Source of the DNA: an uncultured archaeon
GTDB taxonomy: Archaea; Thermoplasmatota; Thermoplasmata; Thermoplasmatales; Thermoplasmataceae
DNA: 64,000 nucleotides
Assembly: GCA_000965745.1 (NCBI GenBank)
Contig: CP009479.1
Span: 1,344,001-1,408,000 of the forward strand
Direction of reading: 5' to 3'
Shown here: piece after piece, positions 31,238 to 41,433 of the stretch
Layout of the letters: each line of letters opens with the position of its first letter
Numbering within the stretch: position 1 is the stretch's first letter
Translations under genes and position numbers: made by a program
The notes under the pieces: generated by a model
The model's input: the letters and a program-made list of their open reading frames with translations, nothing else
What the model was told of the DNA's origin: nothing
The model's database searches: none

Positions 31238-32161
31238 CTATCCTTTCAGAATTTTCTTGAGGTCCTCTATTGCAGACACGTCCATGGGGTCTATCTTTCT
31301 GAGATTGGCTAGATGGTAAGTGAGATAGTCCCCATAATGTATGAGGTAGAACATCTTTTCAACAAGGGATTCCCCAGGTGTTTCCACGTGCTCAAGCTCA
31401 ATACCTGAAACACGGCCTGTTGCATGGATTCTCTTTGTTATCCTGTTGTCGGTTGAGCAGCCAAAGGTGTAGAACCTGAATTGATCCTTCCTGTAAGTCT
31501 GTTTCAACGGGATTATTTCATTATGATCGAGCTCCGGGAAGTAGTTTGAAAAAGCCATCACCTTTGCATTCTCGTTGAACTGGGTTTTCCAGCGGTATGC
31601 AATTGATCGGTATGGTGAAAATCCATATACGACTGGAATCAGCTCCCGCTCAAAGATCTTTTCAGCTTCCTCCTTTATCCATTCATTTCTGCTGTCAAGG
31701 TCATCCAGGAGATCTCCAGCCTTCCGAATTGCTTCTGAACTAACCTTCAAGAAGCTGTTAATCAGCGGCATGAGCATGTATCCCAGCGAAGATCTTGGCT
31801 GGAGGCCTGAGGGGACTTTGATTACGTTCTCAACAATACTTTCCAGCTCCCCCCCGGAAGTCAAGGCGCTGACGCTACAGCCTCTCTGTATGGCCTCTCT
31901 GGTCGCCGCAATCACCTCTTCCGTATTCCCGGAGTAACTCATTGCCACAAACATGGTCTTCTCATCCGCAAACTCAGGAATGTGGTAATCATCAAGTGCG
32001 AAAACGGGCTTGTCTGTGTACATCTCCTGAAATATCTTGCCGGCGATGCCGGACCCTCCCATGCCGGCTATAACGATTTTATCATAATTTCTTGGGATTT
32101 CTAGCTTCTCTTCAAAAAAAACCTGTTTTTTCAGATTTTTCAGTTCATTGAGAAAATCCAT
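31238..32161 (-). CDS. Bifunctional phosphoglucose/phosphomannose isomerase
   Basis: GMGGSG, SYSGNTEE, QPR, NENAK, PELDHN. Confidence 0.92.
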   Translation of the reverse strand: MDFLNELKNLKKQVFFEEKLEIPRNYDKIVIAGMGGSGIAGKIFQEMYTDKPVFALDDYHIPEFADEKTMFVAMSYSGNTEEVIAATREAIQRGCSVSALTSGGELESIVENVIKVPSGLQPRSSLGYMLMPLINSFLKVSSEAIRKAGDLLDDLDSRNEWIKEEAEKIFERELIPVVYGFSPYRSIAYRWKTQFNENAKVMAFSNYFPELDHNEIIPLKQTYRKDQFRFYTFGCSTDNRITKRIHATGRVSGIELEHVETPGESLVEKMFYLIHYGDYLTYHLANLRKIDPMDVSAIEDLKKILKG

Positions 32162-32270
32162 GGACGACAATATGCATTGCTGTTTAATTATTTATTTCAA
32201 TATTGCTGCTACTCGCTAAATGACATTACAATGCGGTCTTTCAGCAGTTTCCAAGGGCTATGAGCGAGAA

Positions 32271-32378
32271 CTACATGAAGAACGTGAATATTACGTAAAC
32301 AAGGAATGCTGCAACGGGTGTTACAATAGCGGCAATTATGAGTAACAACTTGATCTTTGTAGAGCGATCCATGGTCAT
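32271..32378 (-). CDS. 35-aa single-TM microprotein (not in ORF track)
   Basis: MTMDRSTKIKLLLIIAAIVTPVAAFLVYVIFTFFM; TTATATAT about 25 nt upstream, fitting a leaderless mRNA. Confidence 0.55.
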   Translation of the reverse strand: MTMDRSTKIKLLLIIAAIVTPVAAFLVYVIFTFFM

Positions 32379-32418
32379 TATTATCTGAGTTTATTATATA
32401 TAACTATTGTCCGGACTT

Positions 32419-33195
32419 TCAACGATAGCTGTGGGCACAAAGCATCCCAAAGTACTCTTCTATGTAGCTGTAATCTAATTCCAGCCTCCTTTCACTTTTC
32501 TCCAGAAATGACGTGAGCACTAGTAAATTCCAATAGCTATCCGGTTTGGCATTTGAAATTAATTTATCATCCATCTCGACAAGTGGTGTGAAATCATTGG
32601 AAACAATCGCCTCTTTTACTATGTCCTCGTATGTTGAACTTTCTTCCGAATAACCATAGGGGCCATTCGGTGAATGCGTATGCGATTGATCTGCACTTAT
32701 TATCAGTGAAACGGATTTTTCGTACTGATCTATTGAATCGAAGAGTTTCCTGCCAAATCTCCGAAGCTTTTTGCGATCGCTTATTCTAGACTGACCTATG
32801 TAAACTATCGGCCTGTCCCGAAAGAACTCAAGCGGTATAAGAGTCCCAAAATCCAGTGGAAATACTGATTTATCGCCCTGAACTGTTACATAGCCGACCT
32901 CTTCACAGTCCCCTCTGGAATTTTCAATGATCAGTTCAGTCAATGGCCTTTCGTTGGGTAAGGCCCTGTGAAGGTTCTTGGTCTTGAGCCCAAACCAGCC
33001 TTCGAACCTCTCTGTGTTAACAACAGGGATGCTATTGGAAAGTCTCACGCCGTGTGGACTTGCAATAACAAGAACATCTGAACCGTCGTTTCCCGTGACT
33101 TTTCCGATAGTTTCATTCATTCTTTCAGACCCGGTGCCCGGCCTGTCTAAGATCTCGTCTCCATGTGGCAGCAAGTATATGTTTTTAAGAGGCAT
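32419..33195 (-). CDS. LigB/MEMO1-like extradiol dioxygenase-fold protein
   Basis: PHG, SPHG, LDFGTLIPL, SADQSH. Confidence 0.75.
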   Translation of the reverse strand: MPLKNIYLLPHGDEILDRPGTGSERMNETIGKVTGNDGSDVLVIASPHGVRLSNSIPVVNTERFEGWFGLKTKNLHRALPNERPLTELIIENSRGDCEEVGYVTVQGDKSVFPLDFGTLIPLEFFRDRPIVYIGQSRISDRKKLRRFGRKLFDSIDQYEKSVSLIISADQSHTHSPNGPYGYSEESSTYEDIVKEAIVSNDFTPLVEMDDKLISNAKPDSYWNLLVLTSFLEKSERRLELDYSYIEEYFGMLCAHSYR

Positions 33196-33453
33196 ACCAC
33201 CTCATCGGGCTTTTCAATATTTCTTTTTCCACATGCTCCCTGCAAGCAATGGGAAATAACCCGGGTAGGGGCGCACCTATGGTAATCGCTGAATATTGCT
33301 TCAACCTCTCCGTAACGCTGGAAAGGCAGTTCCTACTGATCAAAGTGTTTATATTCTTTCTTTAATTTACGGGACATCCAAAATAGGATATGGTTAAATA
33401 AGTCCTTATATTTTGGTCTTATCTAGCGATAGCAAACAGTTAGGTGAAACTAA

Positions 33454-34728
33454 ATGGCAACACAAAAACCACACATAAATCTGGTTACGATCGGTCACGT
33501 AGATCACGGAAAGTCTACTCTTGTAGGTAGGTTGCTCTTCGAGCATGGGGAAATTCCTCAGCACATAATTGATGAGTACCGAAAGCAGGCCGAAGAGAAG
33601 GGAAAGGCAACTTTCGAGTTCGCCTGGGTTATGGATAAGTACAAGGAAGAAAGAGAGAGGGGAGTTACAATAGACCTCGCTCACAGAAAGTTTGAAACTG
33701 ACAAATACTACTTCACACTTATTGACGCACCTGGCCACAGAGACTTTGTCAAGAACATGATCACTGGAACGAGCCAGGCAGATGCAGCAATTCTTGTTGT
33801 TTCATGCAGAGACGGAGAGGGTGTAATGGCCCAGACAAGGGAACACGCCTTCCTTTCCAGAACCCTCGGTGTTCAGCAGCTTATAGTTGTACTGAACAAG
33901 ATGGATGCAACTCAGCCGCCGTACAGCCAGGACAGGTACAACAAAGTTAAGGAAGATGTAGAAAAGCTCCTGAAGAGTATTGGATACAAGGACGTTCCCA
34001 TTATACCAATCAGCGGTTATAAGGGGGACAACATCCTGAAGAACACTGACAACCTGAAATGGTTTTCAGGACCGACACTTATGCAGTCTCTTGATACCCT
34101 AAAGGTTCCGGATAAACCCGTTGACAAGCCGCTCAGGCTTCCGATCCAGGATGTATATTCAATCACTGGAATTGGAACTGTTCCTGTAGGCAGAGTTGAG
34201 ACAGGCATCCTCAAAGTGAATGACAAGGTCACATTCCTTCCTGCAAACAAGCAGGGAGAGGTAAAGTCTATTGAAATGCACCATGAGAACATTACAAAAG
34301 CAGAGCCTGGTGACAACGTTGGATTCAATGTGAGAGGAATAGGAAAGAACGACATCAGGAGAGGAGATGTTTGTGGGCCTCAGGCCAACCCGCCAACCGT
34401 GGCGAAAGAATTCACTGCCCAGATAGTTGTTCTCAACCACCCGAGCGTTATAGCTCCCGGGTACAAACCGGTATTCCATGTCCATACAACACAGATTGCA
34501 TGCAGAATAGAACAGATCCTACGGACACTGAACCCCAAGGATGGAACAACTCTCAAGGAAAACCCCGACTTCATCAAGACGGGAGATATCGCAATCGTAA
34601 AGGTAATACCAGATCACCCATTTGTTATAGAGAAGGTCAAGGACATCCCACAGCTTGGTCGATTTGCCATTAGAGATATGGGCCAGACCGTTGCTGCGGG
34701 TCAGTGTGTTGACCTCGTTGCAAAGTAA
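33454..34728 (+). CDS. tuf: Elongation factor 1-alpha
   Basis: [21 protein letters not shown]. Confidence 0.98.
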   Translation: MATQKPHINLVTIGHVDHGKSTLVGRLLFEHGEIPQHIIDEYRKQAEEKGKATFEFAWVMDKYKEERERGVTIDLAHRKFETDKYYFTLIDAPGHRDFVKNMITGTSQADAAILVVSCRDGEGVMAQTREHAFLSRTLGVQQLIVVLNKMDATQPPYSQDRYNKVKEDVEKLLKSIGYKDVPIIPISGYKGDNILKNTDNLKWFSGPTLMQSLDTLKVPDKPVDKPLRLPIQDVYSITGIGTVPVGRVETGILKVNDKVTFLPANKQGEVKSIEMHHENITKAEPGDNVGFNVRGIGKNDIRRGDVCGPQANPPTVAKEFTAQIVVLNHPSVIAPGYKPVFHVHTTQIACRIEQILRTLNPKDGTTLKENPDFIKTGDIAIVKVIPDHPFVIEKVKDIPQLGRFAIRDMGQTVAAGQCVDLVAK

Positions 34729-34733
34729 GGTGA

Positions 34734-35054
34734 ATGGACTTGGCGTCATACAGAGCAAGAATATCACTGAGCGGCACTGAACACAAGATCGTTGATGTCG
34801 TATGCGATGAGATCAAAGGAATAGCTAAGAGAACCGGCGTCGAAGTTCATGGACCTGTTCCACTCCCTACAAAAAGATTGGTGGTTCCTGTCAGGAAAAG
34901 TCCTGACGGCGAAGGATCATCAACCTGGGACAGATGGGAATTGAGAATCCACAAGAGACTCATTGATGTGGACGCAGATGAAAGAACTCTAAGACAACTC
35001 ATGAGGATTCCGATCCCTGATGGCGTTCAGATCGAAATCCAGATAAAGAGTTGA
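34734..35054 (+). CDS. rps10: 30S ribosomal protein S10
   Basis: [22 protein letters not shown]. Confidence 0.97.
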   Translation: MDLASYRARISLSGTEHKIVDVVCDEIKGIAKRTGVEVHGPVPLPTKRLVVPVRKSPDGEGSSTWDRWELRIHKRLIDVDADERTLRQLMRIPIPDGVQIEIQIKS

Positions 35055-35139
35055 GCCAGGCATTCCAGGATATAACCGATACCATATCCTATCATTATTT
35101 TTTCAATATAACCGAATTTTTTTTTGGGGCCTAATTGCA

Positions 35140-36120
35140 CTAACTTATTGCTGCATATTCATAATTCGTTTTCGAGGCTCTCAACGAAACAAGTTCAACA
35201 CAGATCAAGGCAAAAATAGCGACGATACCCAGAGGGTTTCTGGTCAAATCGACAACCAGCCCGAATAGCATCATAGGAGCGGTAAGGCCTATGGCCAGCA
35301 CCGCACTGGCTCTTGGGGATTTTCCGCGAATCCTGGTGATAATGAACCAGTATGCCACCACAGAACCCAGGATAAGTTCAACATTTAGTATTACTGGAGG
35401 CAGTGCGGTCTGCAGTCTCGGAAGAGCAACGATGAAAGGGAAGAACAGCAACCCCGCAATCAGGAGCTTGGCGTTGATTCCCCCGCGGTGCAACTTTCCC
35501 GGTGCGAACAAATTATTGGGGACCCTGCGGGAAAGATATGTGAGTATCCCTGCCGATGCAAACAAGGCCACAGAATATATGAAAGGAGGCCGGTGTGGCA
35601 ATATCGCGTCAAGGACCGTCAAGGTGAACAGGTACAGCGAGAGAATTGTTATTATCCCCTTCCTTCCCGTAATTCTGAAGTTGTTCATCCCGGGCCATAT
35701 AAGCCTGCTGAAAAGAATAGGAAGCGCTATGCTGAAAGCAGCATGGAAGATGCTGATCTCTATTGCCCACGTTGTATTGACGCCCAATACCCTCCCATAC
35801 GATCCAAATACCCCAACAGTTGAATTCACAGGATCAAAGAACGTATGGGCGGCCACGCCTTCCTCCAGAATTCCGTAAGCTATTCCAAGCATCAGTATGG
35901 TGGGCCACCCTTTTCCCCAAGCAACGGCCGCTTCTCTTATGAGTATTACTCCACATCCGTAGATTCCAAAAAGGGTTGGAATACTGAAAAAGAAAAACGA
36001 TCCCGGGTCCGTGACAATTTTCGTAAGTGGGGTCGCACCAGTCACGAATTCGGCAATAGTGATAGAGGTCAGGGCAAGAAAGATCGCCAGTCTTCCCCTA
36101 TTCATGGCGGTAAATTCCAC
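35140..36120 (-). CDS. Hypothetical polytopic membrane protein
   Basis: About 10 TM segments; YGILEEG motif. Confidence 0.7.
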   Translation of the reverse strand: MEFTAMNRGRLAIFLALTSITIAEFVTGATPLTKIVTDPGSFFFFSIPTLFGIYGCGVILIREAAVAWGKGWPTILMLGIAYGILEEGVAAHTFFDPVNSTVGVFGSYGRVLGVNTTWAIEISIFHAAFSIALPILFSRLIWPGMNNFRITGRKGIITILSLYLFTLTVLDAILPHRPPFIYSVALFASAGILTYLSRRVPNNLFAPGKLHRGGINAKLLIAGLLFFPFIVALPRLQTALPPVILNVELILGSVVAYWFIITRIRGKSPRASAVLAIGLTAPMMLFGLVVDLTRNPLGIVAIFALICVELVSLRASKTNYEYAAIS

Positions 36121-36169
36121 ATCCTTCTTATAACTCTATGCCGGTTAATAAGGTGCGAAAATTGCCGCA

Positions 36170-36799
36170 TCATGGAAAGACCGCATAGAGCAGAAGGGCC
36201 ACTGGAACGGTAAGCAAATACGGAAAAACAGTTGAAACCACATACTTAATCTTCCGGTCGTTCTCTCCAGTGAATCTGATGAGTTGCATAGGCAATACGA
36301 AAATTGCAGCATAGACGATTATGGTGACGGGTATTGAGACGATGAAACCTGGAATGTTGTGGAGAAACACTAAATTGCCACCGTATTCAAAAAGAAGCCC
36401 ACCAATCCCTGCAGATACCAGGGCCTGCCCTTCAGTAAAATAAAACCTGCGGGAGAGAAAAAAGTACCACACAGTGAACCAGACTGCCCACTCGCAGGGA
36501 ACTATGATTATGTCAAACATCAAGTCGGGAACAGCTATTTTGTTTCCAAGGCTGTAGACATAGATTTCCTCAAACACAGAAACCAGTAATGCCAAGGTAA
36601 TGAATACGCCATACCTTCCGAATTTCAAGGGCTCAAAAAAACTCCTGATCTTATTCTTCTGCACGTAGACAAACCCGCCGTACCCGACCCCATAGGTCAG
36701 GGAAAAAACAACGTTACCCCAGTCCCCGGTAATAGATAGTACCAGTATGGAAATTGAAAACCAGACGAATAGGACTTTCCATCCCAAGCTCAACGTCAA
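36170..36799 (-). CDS. Hypothetical polytopic membrane protein
   Basis: About 7 TM segments; FEEI and LFEY; TTG start chosen downstream of a TATA-like box, uncertain. Confidence 0.65.
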   Translation of the reverse strand: MTLSLGWKVLFVWFSISILVLSITGDWGNVVFSLTYGVGYGGFVYVQKNKIRSFFEPLKFGRYGVFITLALLVSVFEEIYVYSLGNKIAVPDLMFDIIIVPCEWAVWFTVWYFFLSRRFYFTEGQALVSAGIGGLLFEYGGNLVFLHNIPGFIVSIPVTIIVYAAIFVLPMQLIRFTGENDRKIKYVVSTVFPYLLTVPVALLLYAVFP

Positions 36800-36992
36800 A
36801 CAAGCAGCACAGGGAATACAGGGATAAAATATAATTCCGGATGGCATGGGCCGAACCATGTTTCTGTAAGATCGAGCGGAACACGATTGCATTATTTGTG
36901 CCTTATACTACAACCCGGTGCGAAAACTCTGTGGGTACGGTTATATAAGTAATTCTTATATCCTCTTGTCAAAATCACTAAGGTGTCATACA

Positions 36993-39197
36993 ATGGGTAG
37001 AAAAGAAGACAATATCGCTAAGGCACAAAAATTGGTAGAAAGACCTGAACGAATCAGGAATATGGGTATTGCTGCTCATATAGATCACGGTAAAACGACT
37101 CTGAGTGACAACCTGATAGCAGGAGCAGGAATGATGAGCGAAGATCTTGCAGGAAAACAGCTTCTGCTGGACTACGACGAGCAGGAACAGGCAAGGGGAA
37201 TCACAATTAACGCTGCAACCGCATCGATGGTTCACGATTACGACGGAGATGAGTATCTCATCAACCTTATAGATACTCCAGGTCACGTAGACTTTGGGGG
37301 AGATGTCACCAGGGCAATGAGGGCAGTTGATGGCTGCATTATTGTGGTAGATTCCGTGGAAGGTGTAATGCCCCAGACCGAGACCGTAATAAGGCAGGCC
37401 CTCAGGGAGAGGGTAAAGCCTGTGCTTTTCATTAACAAGGTTGACCGTCTCATAAACGAGCTTAAGCTCAACGAAGAGGAAATGCAGAAAAGGTTTGTCA
37501 AACTGATCACTGATGTCAACAAACTTCTGGCAAAATACTCTCCGGACGAATTCAAGCAGTCCTGGCAGTTAAACGTTCAGGACGGAAAAGTCGCTTTTGG
37601 ATCAGCATACAACAACTGGGCTATTTCGGTCCCTGCCATGAAAACATATGGCGTAACGTTCAAGGACATATTCCAGCTTGTCAAGGACGGGAAGCAGAAG
37701 GAGCTTGCTAAGAAGGCCCAGCTCCACAGAATTGTCCTGAACATGGTTATCAAGCACCTTCCTGACCCGAAGGAATCTCAGAAGTACAGGATACCCCAGA
37801 TCTGGAGAGGAGATGAAGACACTCCTATTGGAAAATCCATGATGGGGTGCAGCAGGTCAGGCCCTGTTACTATGATGATAACCAAGATAATTATCGATCC
37901 GCATGCAGGGGAGATAGCAGTAGGGAGGATCTTCAGCGGAACCCTCAGAAAAGGTAGCGAAGTATACGTATCCAGAGGCGGGACGCAAAAATACAAGGTA
38001 CAGCTCCTTTCCATGATGGTTGGGCCCGACAGGATACAGGTTGAAGAAATGCCGGCCGGAAATATAGCCGCAGTTGTTGGTATTAAGGCAGCCATTGCAG
38101 GATCAACTGTGTCACAGGAGCCAGAAATGGAGCCTTTTGAACCCATGACCCATTACACTGATCCCGTTGTCACACTCGCTATAGAAGCAAAACACACCGC
38201 AGATCTTCCGAAGCTCATTGATGTTCTGAGGAACGTTTCAAAAGCAGATCCATCCATCCAGGTCGATATCAACCAGGAAACAGGGGAGCACCTTATATCA
38301 GGCATGGGAGAACTGCACCTTGAAATCACAATGTACAGGATACAGCACGATTACAAGGTCGAGGTTCAGACATCAGACCCGATCGTTGTTTACAGGGAAA
38401 CAATAGAGGGCAGGGGCGGTCCATTCGAAGGAAAATCACCCAACAAGCATAACAGGTTCTACTTTGAAGTCGAGCCGCTTGATGAGACCCTGGTCCAACA
38501 GATAAAGGAAGGGAACGTACCACAGGGCTCCAAGTTCAAGGACAAGAAGGCACTGATCGAGCTTCTCCAGGAAAACGGGCTTACCAGGGAAGAGGCGAGG
38601 GGTCTGGAGCTTGTAGAGGGCATGAACATCCTCACTGATGTCACGAAAGGTATCCAGTATCTTGATGAAACCATGGAACTTCTGCTTGAATCATTCAAGG
38701 AAGTCGTATCCAAGGGGCCATATGCGAATGAAAGGGTGTATGGAATCAAGGCGAGACTTGTCGATGCCAAGCTCCATGAAGATAGCATCCACAGAGGGCC
38801 AGCACAGGTTATTCCCGCAGGCAGGAACTCCATATACGGGGCAATGTGCCAGGCAAGAAGGATTCTCATGGAGCCTGTCCAGAAAGTCTTCATCAACGTT
38901 CCACAGGAAATAATGGGCTCTGTGACCAACGAGATACAGCAGAGGCGTGGTGTTGTTGAGGAAATGAACCAGGATGGGGACGACATTGTCATAATAGCAA
39001 GGGTTCCCGTCTCCGGAATGTTTGGATTCGCTTCAGCAATAAGGAGCGCTACTGGAGGAAAGGTCCTCTGGAACTCTGAAAATGCAGGGTATCAGAAAGT
39101 CCCACCTGAACTTCAGAATGAAGTTGCATCAAAGATCAGGGAAAGAAAGGGACTTAAGCCTGAGCCATACGGTGTGGAATATTACGCCACACTCTAA
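36993..39197 (+). CDS. fusA: Elongation factor 2
   Basis: AHIDHGKTT, DTPGHVDF, diphthamide site HRGPAQ. Confidence 0.98.
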   Translation: MGRKEDNIAKAQKLVERPERIRNMGIAAHIDHGKTTLSDNLIAGAGMMSEDLAGKQLLLDYDEQEQARGITINAATASMVHDYDGDEYLINLIDTPGHVDFGGDVTRAMRAVDGCIIVVDSVEGVMPQTETVIRQALRERVKPVLFINKVDRLINELKLNEEEMQKRFVKLITDVNKLLAKYSPDEFKQSWQLNVQDGKVAFGSAYNNWAISVPAMKTYGVTFKDIFQLVKDGKQKELAKKAQLHRIVLNMVIKHLPDPKESQKYRIPQIWRGDEDTPIGKSMMGCSRSGPVTMMITKIIIDPHAGEIAVGRIFSGTLRKGSEVYVSRGGTQKYKVQLLSMMVGPDRIQVEEMPAGNIAAVVGIKAAIAGSTVSQEPEMEPFEPMTHYTDPVVTLAIEAKHTADLPKLIDVLRNVSKADPSIQVDINQETGEHLISGMGELHLEITMYRIQHDYKVEVQTSDPIVVYRETIEGRGGPFEGKSPNKHNRFYFEVEPLDETLVQQIKEGNVPQGSKFKDKKALIELLQENGLTREEARGLELVEGMNILTDVTKGIQYLDETMELLLESFKEVVSKGPYANERVYGIKARLVDAKLHEDSIHRGPAQVIPAGRNSIYGAMCQARRILMEPVQKVFINVPQEIMGSVTNEIQQRRGVVEEMNQDGDDIVIIARVPVSGMFGFASAIRSATGGKVLWNSENAGYQKVPPELQNEVASKIRERKGLKPEPYGVEYYATL

Positions 39198-39322
39198 TTT
39201 TTCCCTCTTTTTCACGATCCAAAACCCCCATTTTATTCCAGTCTTTCTAGCAATCTTATTTCCGCAGAAATGTTGTCAAGGACATAAAAAACATTAATTA
39301 CTGGCAATAAGTTGCCAAAACT

Positions 39323-40345
39323 ATGCAAGCTGCCTGTATGGACTGCGGTTCCAAAAGAAAGAATCTTGAGCATAGGTGCGTTGAATGCGGAGGTCTTTTC
39401 GAACTTCTCCCGGATTTTAAATACATGGAGAGAATGGAAAGCAATTTTCCATATATCAGTGAGTGGCTATCCATCGGCGAAGTAGTGACTCCAATCGTGT
39501 CCAGGGGAGACCTATCATTCAAGCTGGATTATTTCTCACCAACTTACTCTTACAAGGACCGTGGTGCAAGGTCCCTTCTGTCCTACCTAAGAACAGAATC
39601 GAGAAAAAGTGGATTCCACTCAATAAACGAGGACTCCTCCGGGAATGCAGGAGCTGCTATCTCGGCTTATGGGTCTGTTTCGGGCTTCAATGTCAACATA
39701 TTTGTACCTGAACGAACGTCACATGCAAAAATTGGCCAGATAGCCTCATATGGTGCGAATATCGTCAAGGTGCCCGGTTCAAGAGAGGATGTCCAGGCAG
39801 CTGCCGAAAGGGCTGAAGGAGTGTATGCGAGCCATGTGCTGATGCCTGAATTCAGGGACGGGATCAGAACACTTTCGTATGAAATATTCAAACAGTACAG
39901 CGGAGACATTCCAGATCATGTTTTTGTTCCGGTTTCGGCCGGAACCTTGCTCTTAGGGCTTTACTCAGGATTTAAGCACCTTCTGGAGAGCAATGAGATA
40001 AAAAGGATGCCGGGAATAGTTGCTGTTCAGACCGAACAGGTTTCACCCCTGTGCTCACGGAAATCAGGAACCGATTTTAACCCGGACAGAAAGGTTGACT
40101 CCGTGGCTGATGCCCTTGTTTCAATGAAGCCGCCTCTGATTGTCAATATGATGGAAGCCGTAAGGGAAGGAAGTTGCATCACTGTTTCAGAGGAAGAGAT
40201 AATTTCAGCTAGAAAAGACCTTTCCGGAATTGGGATGTATGTTGAATACAGCTCGGCTACAGTTTATGCGGCTTACAAAAAGAAAAACTTTGAGGGGAAA
40301 TCCCTCCTTGTCCTTACAGGGAACGGGCTTAAGAATGTCCCATGA
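39323..40345 (+). CDS. Threonine synthase-like PLP enzyme
   Basis: SYKDRG, DSSGNAG, LTGNGLK. Confidence 0.85.
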   Translation: MQAACMDCGSKRKNLEHRCVECGGLFELLPDFKYMERMESNFPYISEWLSIGEVVTPIVSRGDLSFKLDYFSPTYSYKDRGARSLLSYLRTESRKSGFHSINEDSSGNAGAAISAYGSVSGFNVNIFVPERTSHAKIGQIASYGANIVKVPGSREDVQAAAERAEGVYASHVLMPEFRDGIRTLSYEIFKQYSGDIPDHVFVPVSAGTLLLGLYSGFKHLLESNEIKRMPGIVAVQTEQVSPLCSRKSGTDFNPDRKVDSVADALVSMKPPLIVNMMEAVREGSCITVSEEEIISARKDLSGIGMYVEYSSATVYAAYKKKNFEGKSLLVLTGNGLKNVP

Positions 40346-40350
40346 TAAAA

Positions 40351-40800
40351 TTACGCAGGTATTACAGGGTCCGGACTTTCAACACCATAACTCTTTCCAT
40401 TGATTGAGAACTCATATGTGATCTCGGCTCCCCCTTTTCTGGCGAGAATAGAAACAGAACAGTACTTGGAGAGAGACAGGTTGATTGCCTTTCTGACCTT
40501 TGCCGGGTCAAGATTTCCAGTGAGCGTGTATTTTATGTTCGCCCTTGTGATCAACTTGGGAGGCTCCTCGTTTCGGTCAGCCTCGACTTCCACTGAATAC
40601 GTTTTGAGATCCTCTCTCATTTTTGACAGAATGTTGACAACATCATCGCTGGAGCAGGCACCCATTGCGAGAAGCACGAACTCTGTCGGTGAAAAATTGC
40701 GGGCATTGTCCGAAATTGAGTTCTTGATGTTGACGGCCCCTTTGCCCTCAACAGTGCTGACAAACCCTTCTTTCTCGTCAAGTCTGAAGGATACTTTCAC
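40351..40800 (-). CDS. OsmC family protein
   Basis: SPTE...GAC, KYCSV. Confidence 0.88.
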   Translation of the reverse strand: MKVSFRLDEKEGFVSTVEGKGAVNIKNSISDNARNFSPTEFVLLAMGACSSDDVVNILSKMREDLKTYSVEVEADRNEEPPKLITRANIKYTLTGNLDPAKVRKAINLSLSKYCSVSILARKGGAEITYEFSINGKSYGVESPDPVIPA

Positions 40801-40831
40801 TTAAACCAACCTCCCATGTTGACCGACCTTA

Positions 40832-41422
40832 TCAATCGTTCTGAACCTTTTGCAGAGATTTCCCCAGTTCCTTGAGCAGATTAAGAACTGCAGTGAGGCC
40901 TGATGCAATCTCAGGATCCTTGGTCATTGCCAGCAGTCTCATCATGGACAGTTTTTCGGGGTTTTTAGCTCCTGTAACCATTGAGTCAACGAGACCCTCT
41001 GAATCGAAGAGCAGTGCCTTCAGTGCGTCAGAAGTTGTCTCCCTGGAAAGTGCATACATAACTCCCAGTATGGTATTGGCAGATTTCAGAACACCAGTTG
41101 TAAACTCCCTTGAGGAGAAGAACTTGCCTATGAATTCCACATCCGAAGGAAGGTAATCCCCTGATATCCGGTCGATGAAGTCAACGATTCCGGCCTGCTT
41201 CAGCTTTCTGAACATTACAAGCATTGACTGGATCGCATCCCTGCTCTCAACTAACTCCATGATCAAGGGCTCAAGGTCATCACCATCTTCATCCTCGAAC
41301 TCTGCAACCTCGTTTTTGGGAGTTTGCTCTACAGCCTGCTTTGGACTCTCCTCACTGGCAACTTCTTCCTTCTGCTGCTTCTCTTCCTGTATTTTTTCAT
41401 CAGTTGATTTGTTTTCAGCCAT
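40832..41422 (-). CDS. DUF1641-domain protein
   Basis: C-terminal LLAMTKDPEIASGL...LKELG; sits downstream of the SQR-like gene. Confidence 0.75.
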   Translation of the reverse strand: MAENKSTDEKIQEEKQQKEEVASEESPKQAVEQTPKNEVAEFEDEDGDDLEPLIMELVESRDAIQSMLVMFRKLKQAGIVDFIDRISGDYLPSDVEFIGKFFSSREFTTGVLKSANTILGVMYALSRETTSDALKALLFDSEGLVDSMVTGAKNPEKLSMMRLLAMTKDPEIASGLTAVLNLLKELGKSLQKVQND

Positions 41423-41433
41423 AATCTATCTCC

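Noticed and set aside
33200-33340. Possible structured leader with near-palindrome TAGGGGCGCACCTA
   Set aside because: No riboswitch, tRNA or C/D box pattern could be supported by eye
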